Shown piece after piece: positions 16,945 through 28,094 of a stretch of DNA of 64,000 nucleotides. Below the pieces are notes generated by a model that saw only the letters and a list, made by a program, of their open reading frames with translations, searched no databases and was not told the origin of the DNA. The translations under genes were made by a program, and so were the position numbers. The first letter of the stretch is position 1. Each line of letters begins with the position of its first letter. The stretch comes from an uncultured delta proteobacterium (GTDB lineage Bacteria > Myxococcota_A > Polyangia > Polyangiales > B10-G4), in contig CAVSGI010000010.1 in the NCBI GenBank assembly GCA_963727445.1, positions 32,001-96,000 of the forward strand. Direction: 5' to 3'.

Positions 16945-18804
16945 ATGAGTGAGAAGCGACCGCTTCTCTCGGCGCTCGCCGCCGGGGGCGTCGTCTTCGA
17001 CGGCGCGATGGGCACGGCGCTCTACGAGCGCGGGCTGCTCTACACGCGAAGCCTGGACGCCGCGGTCCTGGACCGGGCCGAGGCGGTCAAGGACGTCTAC
17101 GAGGGGTACGTCCTCGCCGGAGCGGACGTCCTGACGACGAACACCTTCGGCGCGAATCGATACCGCCTCGAGCCTCACGGGCTCGCCGACCAGGTGGAGA
17201 AGATCAACCAGGTCGCGGTGGACCTGGCCCGCGAGGCGGCGGGCCCGGCGCAGTACGTGGTCGGCTCGGTGGGACCCACCGGTCTCGTGATGAAGACCGT
17301 CGAGACCGACGAGCACGAGCGCATCCGCGCCGCGTTCCGCGAGCAGGTGGCGGCGCTGTCGGCCCGCGGGGTGGACGCGATCATCCTGGAGACTTTTCGG
17401 CAGCCGCGCGAGCTGCAGCTCGCCCTCGAGGCGGCCCAGGCGGGCACTCGCGGCGCGGTGCCGATCATCGCCAGCTGCTCCTTCGACACCTTCGGCACCA
17501 TGGCCGACGGCACCGGTCCGGAGCGCATGGCCGCGCTCCTCGCCGATTGGGGCGCCGATGCCATCGGCGTGAACTGCGCCGACGGGCCCGCTGGCGTCTA
17601 CGAGATGGCGTCGCGGATGCTCGAGCCGGGTCTGCCGGTGATCGCGCAGCCGAACGCTGGCCTGCCGCATCGCGTGGAAGGACGCTTCGCTTACAAGGCG
17701 ACGCCGGAGTACTTCCAGGTCTACGCACGTCGCCTCTACAAGGCGGGCATCCACGCGGTGGGGGGCTGCTGCGGCACCACGCCCGAGCACGTGAAGAAGA
17801 TCGCTGCGGCGGCGCGGATGGTCGGCGGCGGTGATCCCACCGAGCTCGGCGGCGGGATGCGCGACGACCGAGAGAGCGTCCGTCCCATCGCCCCCGGCGT
17901 CGAGGTCGTGCCTCTCGCGCAGAAGTCCCAGCTCGGCGCCAAGCTCGGCAACAAGTTCGTGATCTCGGTCGAGGTCAATCCGCCGCCCGGGCTGTCCCTC
18001 GACAAAGCCCTCGAGGGAGCGAAGCTCCTCCGCGACGGCGGCGTCGACGTGATCAACGTGGCGGACGGCCCGCGCGCCAGCGCGCGCATGGGCAACCTCG
18101 CGCTCTGCGCACGCATTCAGAGCGAGCTGGGGATGCCGTCCCTGATGCACGTCACCACCCGAGACCGCAATCTCCTGGGTCTGGTGGCGCACCTGCTCGC
18201 GGCTCACGACATGGGGGTGAACAATCTGGTGATCATCACCGGTGACCCTCCGAAGATGGGCGACTTCCCGGATGCGACGCCGGTCTACGACACGGACTCG
18301 ATCGGCCTGATCCGCATCGTCAACGAGCTGAACCACGGCTTCGATCCGGGCGGTAAGCCCATCGGGGCGGCCACGAAGTTCCTGGCGGCGACGGGCGCCG
18401 AGCCCGCAGCCAAGGATTACGACCGCGAGCTCGCCCGGCTGCAGCAGAAGATCGAGGCCGGCGCGGAGCTGGTGATGACCCAGCCCGTCTACGATCCGGA
18501 GGTCCTCGAGCGCTTCCTGTCGGACACCAGGGATCTGGGCGTCCCGATCCTCGTCGGCCTCCTGCCGCTGGCCAGCTATCGCAACGCGGAGTTCCTTCAC
18601 AACGAAGTCCCCGGCATGCAGATCCCCGAGCGCATTCGCGATCGCATGCGCGAGGCAGGGGGCGGACCCAAGGGCCGCGCGGCCGGGGTCGAGATCGCCC
18701 GCGAGATGCTCTCCGCCGTTCGCGACCGCGTGCAGGGCGCCTACATCATGCCGCCCTTCGGTCGCTACGCCCTCGCCTTGAAGGTCATCGAGGGCATCGT
18801 CTAA
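16945..18804 (+). CDS. yitJ: Bifunctional homocysteine S-methyltransferase / methylenetetrahydrofolate reductase (YitJ-like)
   Basis: DGAMGT, TNTFGAN, GVNC, PNAGLP and GGCCGTTP; MTHFR half EVNPP, DGP, RDRN, TGDP, TQPVYD. Confidence 0.92.
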   Translation: MSEKRPLLSALAAGGVVFDGAMGTALYERGLLYTRSLDAAVLDRAEAVKDVYEGYVLAGADVLTTNTFGANRYRLEPHGLADQVEKINQVAVDLAREAAGPAQYVVGSVGPTGLVMKTVETDEHERIRAAFREQVAALSARGVDAIILETFRQPRELQLALEAAQAGTRGAVPIIASCSFDTFGTMADGTGPERMAALLADWGADAIGVNCADGPAGVYEMASRMLEPGLPVIAQPNAGLPHRVEGRFAYKATPEYFQVYARRLYKAGIHAVGGCCGTTPEHVKKIAAAARMVGGGDPTELGGGMRDDRESVRPIAPGVEVVPLAQKSQLGAKLGNKFVISVEVNPPPGLSLDKALEGAKLLRDGGVDVINVADGPRASARMGNLALCARIQSELGMPSLMHVTTRDRNLLGLVAHLLAAHDMGVNNLVIITGDPPKMGDFPDATPVYDTDSIGLIRIVNELNHGFDPGGKPIGAATKFLAATGAEPAAKDYDRELARLQQKIEAGAELVMTQPVYDPEVLERFLSDTRDLGVPILVGLLPLASYRNAEFLHNEVPGMQIPERIRDRMREAGGGPKGRAAGVEIAREMLSAVRDRVQGAYIMPPFGRYALALKVIEGIV

Positions 18805-19220
18805 CCCCCCGTGCCCGTGCCCGCCCCCGTCTCATCCTCCGGCCACTCCATCAGCTCGGGCACGGCGCCGTCCACCGCGCCTGCGCCCGCATCGGCCGGT
18901 GCCGCGTCCGCGCCGCCATCCACTGGGCCGAGCTCGCGCCCGCTGAGGGTCTCGACCACGTCGCGCATCGGGATGTAGCCGGTGGCGAGCATGATGTTGA
19001 AGATCTGCGCCGCGATCACGACCAGGAGGGCCACGACGTTGATGGAGAGCCCGATCCAGCCGATGAGCTTCGCCTCCGAGCGCACGCCGAGGATCGCCAG
19101 CGCGCCTCCGAGGACGACGAGGATGAAGCCGCAGGGGGGCAGGCAGATGCCCACGACGATGTTCAAAAAGCCGAGGACGATCGACGCGATGGCCGCGTAC
19201 CGCTTCTTGTCCTCGTCCAC
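18801..19220 (-). CDS. Small membrane protein, DUF4190-like
   Basis: AIASIVLGFL...GGALAILG...IGLSINVVALL hydrophobic segments; start codon estimated. Confidence 0.6.
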   Translation of the reverse strand: MDEDKKRYAAIASIVLGFLNIVVGICLPPCGFILVVLGGALAILGVRSEAKLIGWIGLSINVVALLVVIAAQIFNIMLATGYIPMRDVVETLSGRELGPVDGGADAAPADAGAGAVDGAVPELMEWPEDETGAGTGTGG

Positions 19221-19334
19221 GGCGGGGACGCTTTCACGAACCCGCGGCGCGCGCAATCGTCCCGGAATGCCCCGCGCGGCGTCAGCGGGCGCTGGCTCTT
19301 TCTCTATTCGACCGGTCGCTTGTAGACTCCGCGC

Positions 19335-20183
19335 GTGCGATTTCTGACCCTCGCCGTCCTGGCCGGCGCCTCGTTCCTCTTCGCCGGCTGCCCCGGTGCG
19401 AGCTGTCCCCGGCAGCAGTGGACCTCTCCCATCGGGGCCCTCGACGCTCACCGCTCGACGCGGAGCTACGCTCGCGCGATGCGCGCCGAGGCGCGGGTCG
19501 AGCAGTGGGGCGAGGACGGCCGTATCCGCGGCACGGTGATGATGTTCGTCGAGATGCCGGACAAGGTCCGCTTCGACGCCATGACCCAGTTCGGGCCCGC
19601 GGTGATCCTGACGAGCGACGGCAGTCGCTTCGCGCTCACCGACCTGCGGGAGAACCGATATCTCGAAGGCCCCACCTGCCCACAGAACATCGAGCGCCTC
19701 CTCGGGATCCCCATGTCGGGTGAGGACGTCAGCCTCTTCCTCCTCGGCGACAGCCCCCGCCTCGACACGCCGAACGCGGGCATCAGCTGCACCGGCGACG
19801 GCACCTATCTCGTCACCCTGACCGCTGACGACGGGCGGCGTCAGGAGATCGAGCTGCTGGTGCGTCCCTGGGACGTGGAGCACGACGCTCCGCCCTCTCA
19901 GCAGCGCCTGCGCATGCTGCGCTCGGAGATGTTCGCCCCCGACGGATCCACCGAGTGGCGTGCCACCTACGACGATTGGACGGTGATCGAAGATCCCGAG
20001 AGCGGCGACGAGCACATGGGCGTGGCGCTGCCGATGAAGGTGCGCTTCGAGCACCCGCGGGAGGGTGCGGACACGACCGTGCGCTTCCAGGAGGTCGACA
20101 TCAACGTCACGGTGCCGCCCAACGCCTTCACCCAGTCGCCTCGTCCGGGCATCCCTCCCGAAGAGGTCAGCTGTGACCAGTGA
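19335..20183 (+). CDS. Lipoprotein with a LolA/LolB-like (DUF4292-type) fold
   Basis: Lipobox [29 protein letters not shown]-terminal PPNAF motif. Confidence 0.65.
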   Translation: MRFLTLAVLAGASFLFAGCPGASCPRQQWTSPIGALDAHRSTRSYARAMRAEARVEQWGEDGRIRGTVMMFVEMPDKVRFDAMTQFGPAVILTSDGSRFALTDLRENRYLEGPTCPQNIERLLGIPMSGEDVSLFLLGDSPRLDTPNAGISCTGDGTYLVTLTADDGRRQEIELLVRPWDVEHDAPPSQQRLRMLRSEMFAPDGSTEWRATYDDWTVIEDPESGDEHMGVALPMKVRFEHPREGADTTVRFQEVDINVTVPPNAFTQSPRPGIPPEEVSCDQ

Positions 20184-21177
20184 AGAGGCCGCCGCCGAGC
20201 CTCTGCTCTCCGTCGAAGGCCTGGTGACCGCCTTTCACACCGACGAGGGGATCGTGCGCGCGGTGGACGGCGTCTCCTTCGACGTCGCGGATGGCGGGAC
20301 GCTGGGGATCGTGGGCGAGTCGGGCTGCGGCAAGAGCGTCACCTCGCTGTCGATCATGCAGCTGTTGCCGGTGCCGCCTGGAAAGATCGAGGCCGGCAAG
20401 ATCCTCTTCGAAGGCAAGAACCTACTCGAGCTCACCGACGCCGAGATGCGCGACCTTCGAGGAAATCACATCTCCATGATCTTTCAGGAGCCGATGACCT
20501 CGCTCAATCCGGTCTACACGGTCGGTTTCCAGATCATGGAGGCCATTCGCCTCCATCAGAAGGTGAGCAAGTCCCAGGCGCGGGAGCGGGCCATCGAGAT
20601 GCTGAGGCTCGTGGGCATCCCCGCGCCGGAGCAGCGCATCGACGAATACCCCCATCAACTCTCGGGCGGGATGCGGCAGCGCGTGATGATCGCGATGGCG
20701 CTCTCTTGCGAGCCGAAGCTCCTGATCGCCGACGAGCCCACGACCGCCCTCGACGTGACCATCCAGGCGCAGATCCTCGATCTCCTCGAGCGCCTGCGCC
20801 TCGAGATGGGGATGAGCATCATCCTGATCACCCACGACCTCGGGGTCGTCGCCGAGTTCGTGGACGAGATCGTCGTGATGTACGCGGGCAAGGTGGTCGA
20901 ACGCGCCGAGACCGTCGCGCTCTTCGACGATCCCAAGCATCCCTACACGCGCGGGCTCCTCGCCAGCGTTCCGAGCTACGGCGACAACGCGGAGCAGAAG
21001 CGGCTCCCGACCATCCCCGGCGTCGTCCCCGATCTGCGCCATCTTCCCGAAGGGTGTCGCTTTCAGGACCGATGTCCGGACGTCGTGGATCGATGCCGCG
21101 TCGAAGAGCCACCCCTCGACGAGGTCGACGGCCATCGCGTCGCGTGCTGGGTCGCCTCGGGAAAGGCCGAAGGATGA
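20173..21177 (+). CDS. oppD: Oligopeptide/dipeptide ABC transporter ATP-binding subunit
   Basis: [39 protein letters not shown] and the C-terminal Cys cluster. Confidence 0.92.
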   Translation: MTSEEAAAEPLLSVEGLVTAFHTDEGIVRAVDGVSFDVADGGTLGIVGESGCGKSVTSLSIMQLLPVPPGKIEAGKILFEGKNLLELTDAEMRDLRGNHISMIFQEPMTSLNPVYTVGFQIMEAIRLHQKVSKSQARERAIEMLRLVGIPAPEQRIDEYPHQLSGGMRQRVMIAMALSCEPKLLIADEPTTALDVTIQAQILDLLERLRLEMGMSIILITHDLGVVAEFVDEIVVMYAGKVVERAETVALFDDPKHPYTRGLLASVPSYGDNAEQKRLPTIPGVVPDLRHLPEGCRFQDRCPDVVDRCRVEEPPLDEVDGHRVACWVASGKAEG

Positions 21178-22148
21178 GCGAGCCGATCCTCCGGACCGAC
21201 GCGCTGAAGAAACACTTCCCGGTGAAGAAGGGCTTCTTCGGTCGGGCCACCGGCGCGGTGCGCGCGGTCGACGGCGTGAGCCTCGAGGTGATGCCCGGCG
21301 AGACCCTCGGCCTCGTCGGAGAGTCGGGGTGTGGCAAGAGCACCTTCGGCCGCGTCGTGCTCCGGCTCCTCGATCCGACCGACGGCAAGATCGCCTTCGA
21401 GGGACAGGACATCACCGCAGTGGATCAGCGTACCCTGCGCCCGCTGCGGCGGCGGATGCAGATCATCTTCCAGGATCCGTACAGCTCGCTGAACCCGCGC
21501 ATGACGGTGAAGGCCACCATCGGCGAGGCGATGCGGATCCACGGACTGAGCGCCGGCGGCTCCGAAGAGGAGCAGAAGGTGGCGACGCTCATGGAGAAGG
21601 TGGGCCTGAGGCCCGAGCAGATGAGCCGGTACCCCCACGAGTTCTCCGGTGGCCAGCGACAGCGCATCGGGATCGCCCGGGCGTTGGCGGTGGAGCCGAA
21701 GTTCATCGTCGCCGACGAGCCCATCAGCGCGCTCGACGTCTCGGTGCAGGCTCAGATCGTCAACCTGCTCAGCGATCTGCAGGAGGAGCTCGATCTGGCC
21801 TATCTCTTCATCGCCCACGATCTGTCGGTGGTGGAGTACCTGAGCCATCGGGTGGCGGTGATGTACCTCGGCCGCGTGGTGGAGCTCGCCACCGCCGAGG
21901 CCCTCTACAGAGACCCCAAGCACCCCTACACCCAGGCGCTCATGTCGGCGGTGCCCACCCCCGACCCCAAATCCAGGCGCGAGCGCATCGTCCTGGGGGG
22001 CGACGTGCCGAGCCCGCTGACGCCGCCCAGCGGCTGCCACTTCCATCCCCGCTGCCCCATCGCGGAGAAAGGCCTCTGCGACCGAGAGGTCCCCGTGCTC
22101 CGCGAGGTGGCGCCCGGCCATTGGGCGAGCTGCCATCTGGCCGAGTAG
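21174..22148 (+). CDS. oppF: Oligopeptide/dipeptide ABC transporter ATP-binding subunit
   Basis: [49 protein letters not shown]. Confidence 0.92.
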   Translation: MSEPILRTDALKKHFPVKKGFFGRATGAVRAVDGVSLEVMPGETLGLVGESGCGKSTFGRVVLRLLDPTDGKIAFEGQDITAVDQRTLRPLRRRMQIIFQDPYSSLNPRMTVKATIGEAMRIHGLSAGGSEEEQKVATLMEKVGLRPEQMSRYPHEFSGGQRQRIGIARALAVEPKFIVADEPISALDVSVQAQIVNLLSDLQEELDLAYLFIAHDLSVVEYLSHRVAVMYLGRVVELATAEALYRDPKHPYTQALMSAVPTPDPKSRRERIVLGGDVPSPLTPPSGCHFHPRCPIAEKGLCDREVPVLREVAPGHWASCHLAE

Positions 22149-22239
22149 GTCCTCGAATTCGTTAGGGAAGTGAGGGCAGGGGGGCTGGCGTCAGGCCCGG
22201 CTTGCGCAGGACGGCGGGTGCGAGTACACCCCTCGCCTC

Positions 22240-22902
22240 ATGGAGGACCTCGGGGACGCCGAGCGCAACCGCCTGGTCGAGAGGTTTGGCCGACGATTCC
22301 ATGCGGGGGACACGCTCTTCCGCGAAGGGGATGAGGCGGATACCTGCTACATCCTCCAGGAAGGTCGCATTCGGCTGGTCAAGCGCGTGCGCTCGGCCGA
22401 TCGCAGCCTGAGCGTGCTGCGGCCGGGCGATCTCCTCGGCGAAGACGCCCTCCTCAACCGTGCGGATCGCTCCGCGAGCGCCATCGCCCTCACGGACGTC
22501 ACTGTGCTGGCGCTCGATCAGGCAACTTTCGCGCGACTTCTTTCGGGAAATCCGGATGTCGCGAGCCGGATGGTGCGCCAGCTGGTGCGGCGCCTGAGGG
22601 ACGCCGAGGAGCAGCTCGAGAACACCATGCTGAGGGACCACCCCTCGCGCGTGGTCAACACCCTGATCCGCCTCGCCTCCACCACCCAGAAGGGCCCCGA
22701 CGGGCACATGCTGGCGGTTTCCCCGCTCGATCTCTCCGCCCGCGCGAGCCTCGACGTCGACGCGGTCAAGCGCGCGGTGCAGCAGCTCCGCGACGGCGGC
22801 TACCTGCGCATCGTGGACGAGAAGATCCTCATCCCCGACCTCGGGGCCTTGCGACAGCTCTACGAGCTCCTCGGTATGAAAGAGGAGGTTCGGGGTGACT
22901 GA
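22240..22902 (+). CDS. Crp/Fnr-family transcriptional regulator
   Basis: cNMP-binding domain (LFREGD, G..LGE..L, RSASAIA) plus a C-terminal HTH. Confidence 0.85.
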   Translation: MEDLGDAERNRLVERFGRRFHAGDTLFREGDEADTCYILQEGRIRLVKRVRSADRSLSVLRPGDLLGEDALLNRADRSASAIALTDVTVLALDQATFARLLSGNPDVASRMVRQLVRRLRDAEEQLENTMLRDHPSRVVNTLIRLASTTQKGPDGHMLAVSPLDLSARASLDVDAVKRAVQQLRDGGYLRIVDEKILIPDLGALRQLYELLGMKEEVRGD

Positions 22903-23014
22903 AGGCTGGGGTGTCGGGATTCCGACAGTCTCATTGGCGATCCGCAGATCGCTGTTGACCTCCCCCAATGATCTCGTTAGATCGGGTCGCTCCCTCGGGG
23001 GACACCGGACCCCG

Positions 23015-23794
23015 ATGCGGACGCTTCTTCTTGGCCTGCTCATCCCCCTCACGATGACCGCATGCGGCGGTCGAGGGGTCAGTGCGGAAGACGTGGAACG
23101 CTCGATGGCGGAATTCAGGCTCGCAGCGACGCTACATGAGGAGGGGAACACCCCGGCCGCCATGGAACGTCTGAACGCGGCCATCGAGTTCGATCCCGAC
23201 AACGCCGAGGCCTACGTCCTTCTGGGCTACATCCTTCTCGAGCGCCGCGCCTTCGATCAGGCGGAGGAGTCGTTGCGCAAGGGGATCGAGGTTCTCGAGC
23301 GACGCGAGGAGAACGTCGGTGGGACGCTCCCGGAGGCGCACAACATGCTCGGCCTCGCGCTCCTCGAGCAGGATCGCTACGAAGAGTCGATCGACGAGTT
23401 CGAGCGGTCGGCCTCGGACATGCTGAATCGTCAGCCCTGGAACGCGTGGGGCAACCTCGGCCTCGCTTATTTCGAGAAGGGCGACCTCTCCGAGTCGGCG
23501 ACGGCTCTCCGCCAGGCGGTCGAGATTCAGCCCCAGTTCTGTGTGGGGCACTATCTGCTCGCTCAGACTTATTTTGCGCAGGACCAGTTCGACGACGCCG
23601 AGACAGCTGCTACCTCGGCCATCGAGTCGAACGAACACTGCGCTGGCTACCAGTCCGCCTTCAAGCTCCGCGGAGAGGTGCGGGCGAGGCTGGGAAAGCG
23701 AGACGAAGCGATCTCCGATCTGGAGCGCTGCGTCGAGCTCGATGGTGACAACGAGGATGGGATGGCATGCCGCCGCCTTTTGGACGACATCTGA
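23015..23794 (+). CDS. tgl: TPR lipoprotein, Tgl/PilF (type IV pilus pilotin)-like
   Basis: Lipobox MTAC; multiple TPRs (EAHNMLG, AWGNLGLAYF, QPQFCVG); lies before a RodZ-like gene and recO. Confidence 0.75.
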   Translation: MRTLLLGLLIPLTMTACGGRGVSAEDVERSMAEFRLAATLHEEGNTPAAMERLNAAIEFDPDNAEAYVLLGYILLERRAFDQAEESLRKGIEVLERREENVGGTLPEAHNMLGLALLEQDRYEESIDEFERSASDMLNRQPWNAWGNLGLAYFEKGDLSESATALRQAVEIQPQFCVGHYLLAQTYFAQDQFDDAETAATSAIESNEHCAGYQSAFKLRGEVRARLGKRDEAISDLERCVELDGDNEDGMACRRLLDDI

Positions 23795-24279
23795 TGGATT
23801 CCCTCGGAACGCATTTGAAGCACGAGCGCGAGCTCAGACAGGTCTCCCTCGAGGAGCTCTCGCAGACCACACGCATCCCGCTTCGGATGCTCGAGCACAT
23901 CGAAGCGGACCGCTTCGACGAGCTTCCGGGTGACGTCTTCGCCCGCGGCTTTCTGAAGAGCTACGCCCGCGCGCTGGGCCTGGGCACGTCGGAGATCGTC
24001 GCGCGCTTCGACGCGGACGCGGCGCCCGAGCCGGAATCGGCCCCCGCGCCGATCGCCGCCATCACCCCGCCCGAGCGGGGCCGCCGCTTCGGCATCGCGA
24101 TCGCCCTGGTGATCCTGCTGATCCTCTTCACCCTGGCCCTCTCGATCGTCCTTCGCCCCAGGCACCGGGACACGCCGATCGAGCTATCCTCCATCGAGTG
24201 TCTCGTTCCGAGCCAACCGACGCCCTCGTCCTTCGCGCCATCGACTACCGAGACGCGGACCGGATCGTCACGCTCCTGA
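23794..24279 (+). CDS. RodZ-like HTH membrane protein
   Basis: LGTHLKHERELRQVSLEELSQTTRI, LPGDVFARGFLKSYARALGL and one TM helix. Confidence 0.85.
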   Translation: MDSLGTHLKHERELRQVSLEELSQTTRIPLRMLEHIEADRFDELPGDVFARGFLKSYARALGLGTSEIVARFDADAAPEPESAPAPIAAITPPERGRRFGIAIALVILLILFTLALSIVLRPRHRDTPIELSSIECLVPSQPTPSSFAPSTTETRTGSSRS

Positions 24280-24986
24280 CGGAGCGCTTCGGCAAGATCT
24301 CCGTCCTGGCGCGTGGTGCGCGCAAGAGCAAGCGACGCTTCGGCGGCTCCCTCGAGCCGTACGCGCTCGTCGACGCGGAGGTGCGTCTGGGTCGCGGCGA
24401 TCTGGGGAGCATCGGTCAGGCCCGCGTGAAGCGGAGCTTCCCGGGCATCCTCGCCGACCTGACGCGCATCGCCATCGCCGGGGCCGCGCTCGAGCTCGTC
24501 CGGGAGGCGCTTCCGGTTCGGCATCCGGAGCCCGAGATCCTCCGCGAGACGATCGAGCTCTTCTCGCGTCTCGAGAAGAGCGACGACACGAAGGAGGAGC
24601 TGCTCCTGTGCTTCGAGACCCGCGTGCTCTCATCGCTCGGCTTCGCGCCGAATCTCGACACCTGTGCCAAGTGCGGGCGCCGCGCGGAGGAGGGGCGTGC
24701 CGCGCTCTTCGACCCGATCCTCGGCTCGATCGTCTGCCGAAGCTGTGGTGGTGCGAAAGTGAAGCTCTCCGGTAAGGCGCGCGCACACCTGTCGGCGGCG
24801 GCCCGCCGGGCGTGGTTCGAGGCCGCCGAGACGCCCTGGGACGACGCGGTTCGCGGGGAGGCGCGTCGCGCCATCGTCGGGCTCGCGGAGGGCTCTCTCG
24901 GAAAGCCCCTCAAAGCCTCCCACTCGCTGTCGCAGATCCGAGAAATTGTCGGGCCGAAGGGGGCCGATCCGCCCCGAACAGCCTGA
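24198..24986 (+). CDS. recO: DNA repair protein RecO
   Basis: ALVLRAIDYRDADRIVTLLT..GKI..ARGARKSKRRFGGSLEP; Zn finger CAKC...CRSC. Confidence 0.93.
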   Translation: MSRSEPTDALVLRAIDYRDADRIVTLLTERFGKISVLARGARKSKRRFGGSLEPYALVDAEVRLGRGDLGSIGQARVKRSFPGILADLTRIAIAGAALELVREALPVRHPEPEILRETIELFSRLEKSDDTKEELLLCFETRVLSSLGFAPNLDTCAKCGRRAEEGRAALFDPILGSIVCRSCGGAKVKLSGKARAHLSAAARRAWFEAAETPWDDAVRGEARRAIVGLAEGSLGKPLKASHSLSQIREIVGPKGADPPRTA

Positions 24987-25020
24987 CGAAAACGGCGAGA
25001 ATCGACTAACATCTCGCCGC

Positions 25021-25410
25021 GTGACTGCCGATCCCCTCAGCGTCCTCGTGGTCGAGGACTCGAGCGCCATGCGGGCGTTCGTGCGCGCGGCCCTCGAGGA
25101 AGACGGCGCTGCCGAGGTCGACGAGGCGGAGAGCGGATTCGTCGCGCTCCGGATCCTGCCTCGCAAGAGCTTCGACCTGGTCATCGTCGACATCAACATG
25201 CCGGACATCAACGGCCTCGAGCTCGTGTCCTTCATGCGCAAGAGCGACAAGCACCGACAGACGCCGCTGATCATCATCAGCACCGAGGCGAGCGACAAGG
25301 ACCGCGAGCGCGGGCTCGCCCTGGGCGCCGACGCGTACCTGAAGAAGCCTTTCGAGCCAGCCGAGCTCCGAGAGACGGTGGCCCGGCTTCGTTCCGAAAG
25401 GGCTCCCTGA
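25021..25410 (+). CDS. cheY: CheY-like single-domain response regulator
   Basis: VVEDS, IVDINMPDINGLE, IISTE, YLKKPF. Confidence 0.9.
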   Translation: MTADPLSVLVVEDSSAMRAFVRAALEEDGAAEVDEAESGFVALRILPRKSFDLVIVDINMPDINGLELVSFMRKSDKHRQTPLIIISTEASDKDRERGLALGADAYLKKPFEPAELRETVARLRSERAP

Positions 25411-25414
25411 GGCG

Positions 25415-27562
25415 GTGGCCGGAGACGACAAAGACAGCTCCGTTCGTGACGAGTTCCTCGCCGAATCTCAGGAGATCGTCGAGGCGCTCTCGCGCGACCT
25501 CCTCGTCCTCGATCAGACCCAGAAAGAGGGCAACCCCGACCCGGATCTGATCAACGAGGTCTTTCGCGGCGTCCACACCCTCAAGGGCATCGCCGGGATG
25601 TTCGGCTACCACCAGGTTGGCGCGGTTGCCCACGCGCTCGAAGATCTGCTCGACGATCTCCGTCTGGGCCGCGTCGAGCTGACCCAGGAAGTCCTCGACG
25701 TGCTCTTCGAGGGCGTGGAGAACTTTCAACGGCTCCTGGGCGAGGCGTCTGGAGAGTCGTCGGACGTCGATCTGGCGAGGTACGCCCAGTCGATCGAAAG
25801 GGTCAGCGCCGGCAAGGGCGTGGTCCACACCGGCCTCGAGGCCTACGACATCGATCCCGGCGTCCTCGCCGTGCTCACCGAGTACGAGGAGCACCGGCTC
25901 CGCACCAACGTCGAGCAGGGGGTCCCGCTCTATCGGCTGAAGGTGCATTTCAGCCTGGCGTCGATCGACGTCGAGCTCGAAGAGCTGAAGAAGAAGGCCA
26001 AGCCCCTCGCCGAGATCATCACCTACCTGCCGTCGATGGGAGACACCGACGGGGACAGCATCGACCTGGACGTCCTGCTCGCGAGCCGCGCTCCCGCGGA
26101 CCAGCTGGTCGAGCTGCTGACGCCACAGAGCGGAGAGCTCGTCGCCGTCCCGCGCAAGGCCGAGGCCATGCCCGACACGGGCTTCCTGCAGCAGCAGCGA
26201 GTCACCACCCCGCCGCCCGCCATCGCCGGCGCCCGGCGGGCGCCCGATCCCCCGAAAGCCGTCGCCCAGGCGCCTTCCGCCGAGATGGTCGTCGCCCCCG
26301 ACGCCTCGGAGGACGGGCCGGGCGAGATCTCGCTGCGCTCCGTGGCGAACACGGTGCGCGTCGACATCCGCAAGCTCGACCACCTGATGAACGTGGTGGG
26401 AGAGCTGGCGATCGTGAAGAGCGCCGTCGCGCGGCTCACCGAACGCATCCGCAACGTCTCCGGTCTGCGCCAGCTGGCGATCGAGCTGCACCGCGCCAAT
26501 CGAAGCTTCGAGCGACACCTCGAAGAGATGCAGGATGGGATCCTCGACGTCCGGATGGTGCCGCTACGGCAGATCTTCGATCGGCTTGCGCGCGTCGTGC
26601 GGCAGGTGGCGCGAGAGCACGAGAAGGAAGTGCGCCTGGTCATCACCGGCGCCGACACCGAGGTCGACAAGCTCATCGTCGAAGAGCTCTCGGACCCTCT
26701 GATGCACATCATCCGCAACGCCATCGATCACGGCGTCGAGAAGCCCAAGGTGCGGGAGCTCGCAGGCAAGCCGACGGTGGGCACCCTGGCGCTCAACGCC
26801 TACCAGAAGGGCAATCACGTCCTGATCGAGGTGGAGGACGACGGGTCCGGGATGAACCCGGAGAAGCTCGCGGCCTCGGCCGTGCGGCGCGGGCTGATCA
26901 CCGAGGAGACGCGTGAGGACATGAGCCGCGACGAGCTCCTGAACCTGATCTTCCTGCCGGGCTTCACCACCCGCTCGGCGATCACCGACCTGTCCGGTCG
27001 CGGCGTCGGCATGGACGTGGTGAAGACCAACATCTCTCGCCTCGGGGGCGTGGTCGACGTCCGAAGCGAGGTGGGCACCGGGACCAAGTTCACGATCACC
27101 CTGCCGATCACCCTCGCGATCATCAGCGCGCTCATCGTGCGCGTGGCGGGTCGCACCTTCGCCGTTCCCCTCACCGCGGTGCAGGAGGCGCTCCTGCTTT
27201 CCCGCGAAGCCATCCGTACCGTGGAGGGGCGCGACGTCATCACGCTTCGTGGCGCCACGTTGCCACTCTGCCGCGTCGATGATCTCTTCGGTCTCGAGCG
27301 AACCGATCCGAAGCCCAAGAAGAGCTACGTGGTGGTCACCGCGCTCGGCAACCGCAAGCTCGGGCTGATCGTCGACGAGCTCTTCGGGCAGCAGGACATC
27401 GTGATCAAGGCGCTCGGCAAGAGCCTCTCCAAGGTTCGCGGGTTCTCCGGCGCCACCGACCTCGGCGATCAGCGTGTGGCGCTGGTCCTCGATCCGCCGG
27501 CTCTGCTCGAAGAGGTCCTCAAGAGCGTGGAGTCGAGTCGTGCGCTGGGAGCGGGCACGTGA
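25415..27562 (+). CDS. cheA: Chemotaxis histidine kinase CheA
   Basis: HPt FRGVHTLKG, VRVDIRKLDHLMNVVGEL, HIIRNAIDHG, DDGSG, SGRGVGMDVV and a C-terminal CheW domain. Confidence 0.96.
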   Translation: MAGDDKDSSVRDEFLAESQEIVEALSRDLLVLDQTQKEGNPDPDLINEVFRGVHTLKGIAGMFGYHQVGAVAHALEDLLDDLRLGRVELTQEVLDVLFEGVENFQRLLGEASGESSDVDLARYAQSIERVSAGKGVVHTGLEAYDIDPGVLAVLTEYEEHRLRTNVEQGVPLYRLKVHFSLASIDVELEELKKKAKPLAEIITYLPSMGDTDGDSIDLDVLLASRAPADQLVELLTPQSGELVAVPRKAEAMPDTGFLQQQRVTTPPPAIAGARRAPDPPKAVAQAPSAEMVVAPDASEDGPGEISLRSVANTVRVDIRKLDHLMNVVGELAIVKSAVARLTERIRNVSGLRQLAIELHRANRSFERHLEEMQDGILDVRMVPLRQIFDRLARVVRQVAREHEKEVRLVITGADTEVDKLIVEELSDPLMHIIRNAIDHGVEKPKVRELAGKPTVGTLALNAYQKGNHVLIEVEDDGSGMNPEKLAASAVRRGLITEETREDMSRDELLNLIFLPGFTTRSAITDLSGRGVGMDVVKTNISRLGGVVDVRSEVGTGTKFTITLPITLAIISALIVRVAGRTFAVPLTAVQEALLLSREAIRTVEGRDVITLRGATLPLCRVDDLFGLERTDPKPKKSYVVVTALGNRKLGLIVDELFGQQDIVIKALGKSLSKVRGFSGATDLGDQRVALVLDPPALLEEVLKSVESSRALGAGT

Positions 27563-28092
27563 GCGACGTAGTCAAGCGAGGGACGGTCGCGCCGCCTGCG
27601 CGAGTGGAGGAGCCTCCGCTGGAGGAGCGCGTCTACGAATACCTGGGCTTCGTCCTGGCGGACGAACACTACGCCCTGCCGCTCACCTCCATCCGCGAGA
27701 TCCTCAAGGTGCCGCCCGTGACCGAGGTTCCGCGCGCTCCGCGCGACGTCCTGGGCATCGTCTCCGTGCGAGGGCGGGTGACCACGGTCATCGATCTACG
27801 CCGCCGGCTCCGGATGCCCGAGCAGCCGATGACCAAGAACACCCGCGTGCTGCTGGTGGACGAGGGCAGCGAGATACTCGGTGTCCTCGTCGACGGAGTC
27901 CTGTCGGTGGTTCGCCTCTCGGAGGACGAGGTCGAGCTCGCGGCAAACGTCGGCGGAGATACCGCCGAGTACGTGCTCGGCATCGGGCGGCCCCAAGCGC
28001 GGGCGGTTCGCGGTGACGCGTCGGCGCAGGCGGCGGCTTCGCGCGACGAGATCCTGATCCTCCTCGAACCCCAACCCTTGCTCCGGAGGTAG
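27559..28092 (+). CDS. cheW: CheW adaptor
   Basis: YALPLTSIREI, TEVPRAP..VLGIVSVRGRV..VIDLR. Confidence 0.92.
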   Translation: MSDVVKRGTVAPPARVEEPPLEERVYEYLGFVLADEHYALPLTSIREILKVPPVTEVPRAPRDVLGIVSVRGRVTTVIDLRRRLRMPEQPMTKNTRVLLVDEGSEILGVLVDGVLSVVRLSEDEVELAANVGGDTAEYVLGIGRPQARAVRGDASAQAAASRDEILILLEPQPLLRR

Positions 28093-28094
28093 GC

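Noticed and set aside
24198..24279. 82-bp overlap between the RodZ-like gene and recO as a special feature
   Set aside because: The overlapping tail is low-complexity and probably a stop-codon drift or indel; no evidence of function
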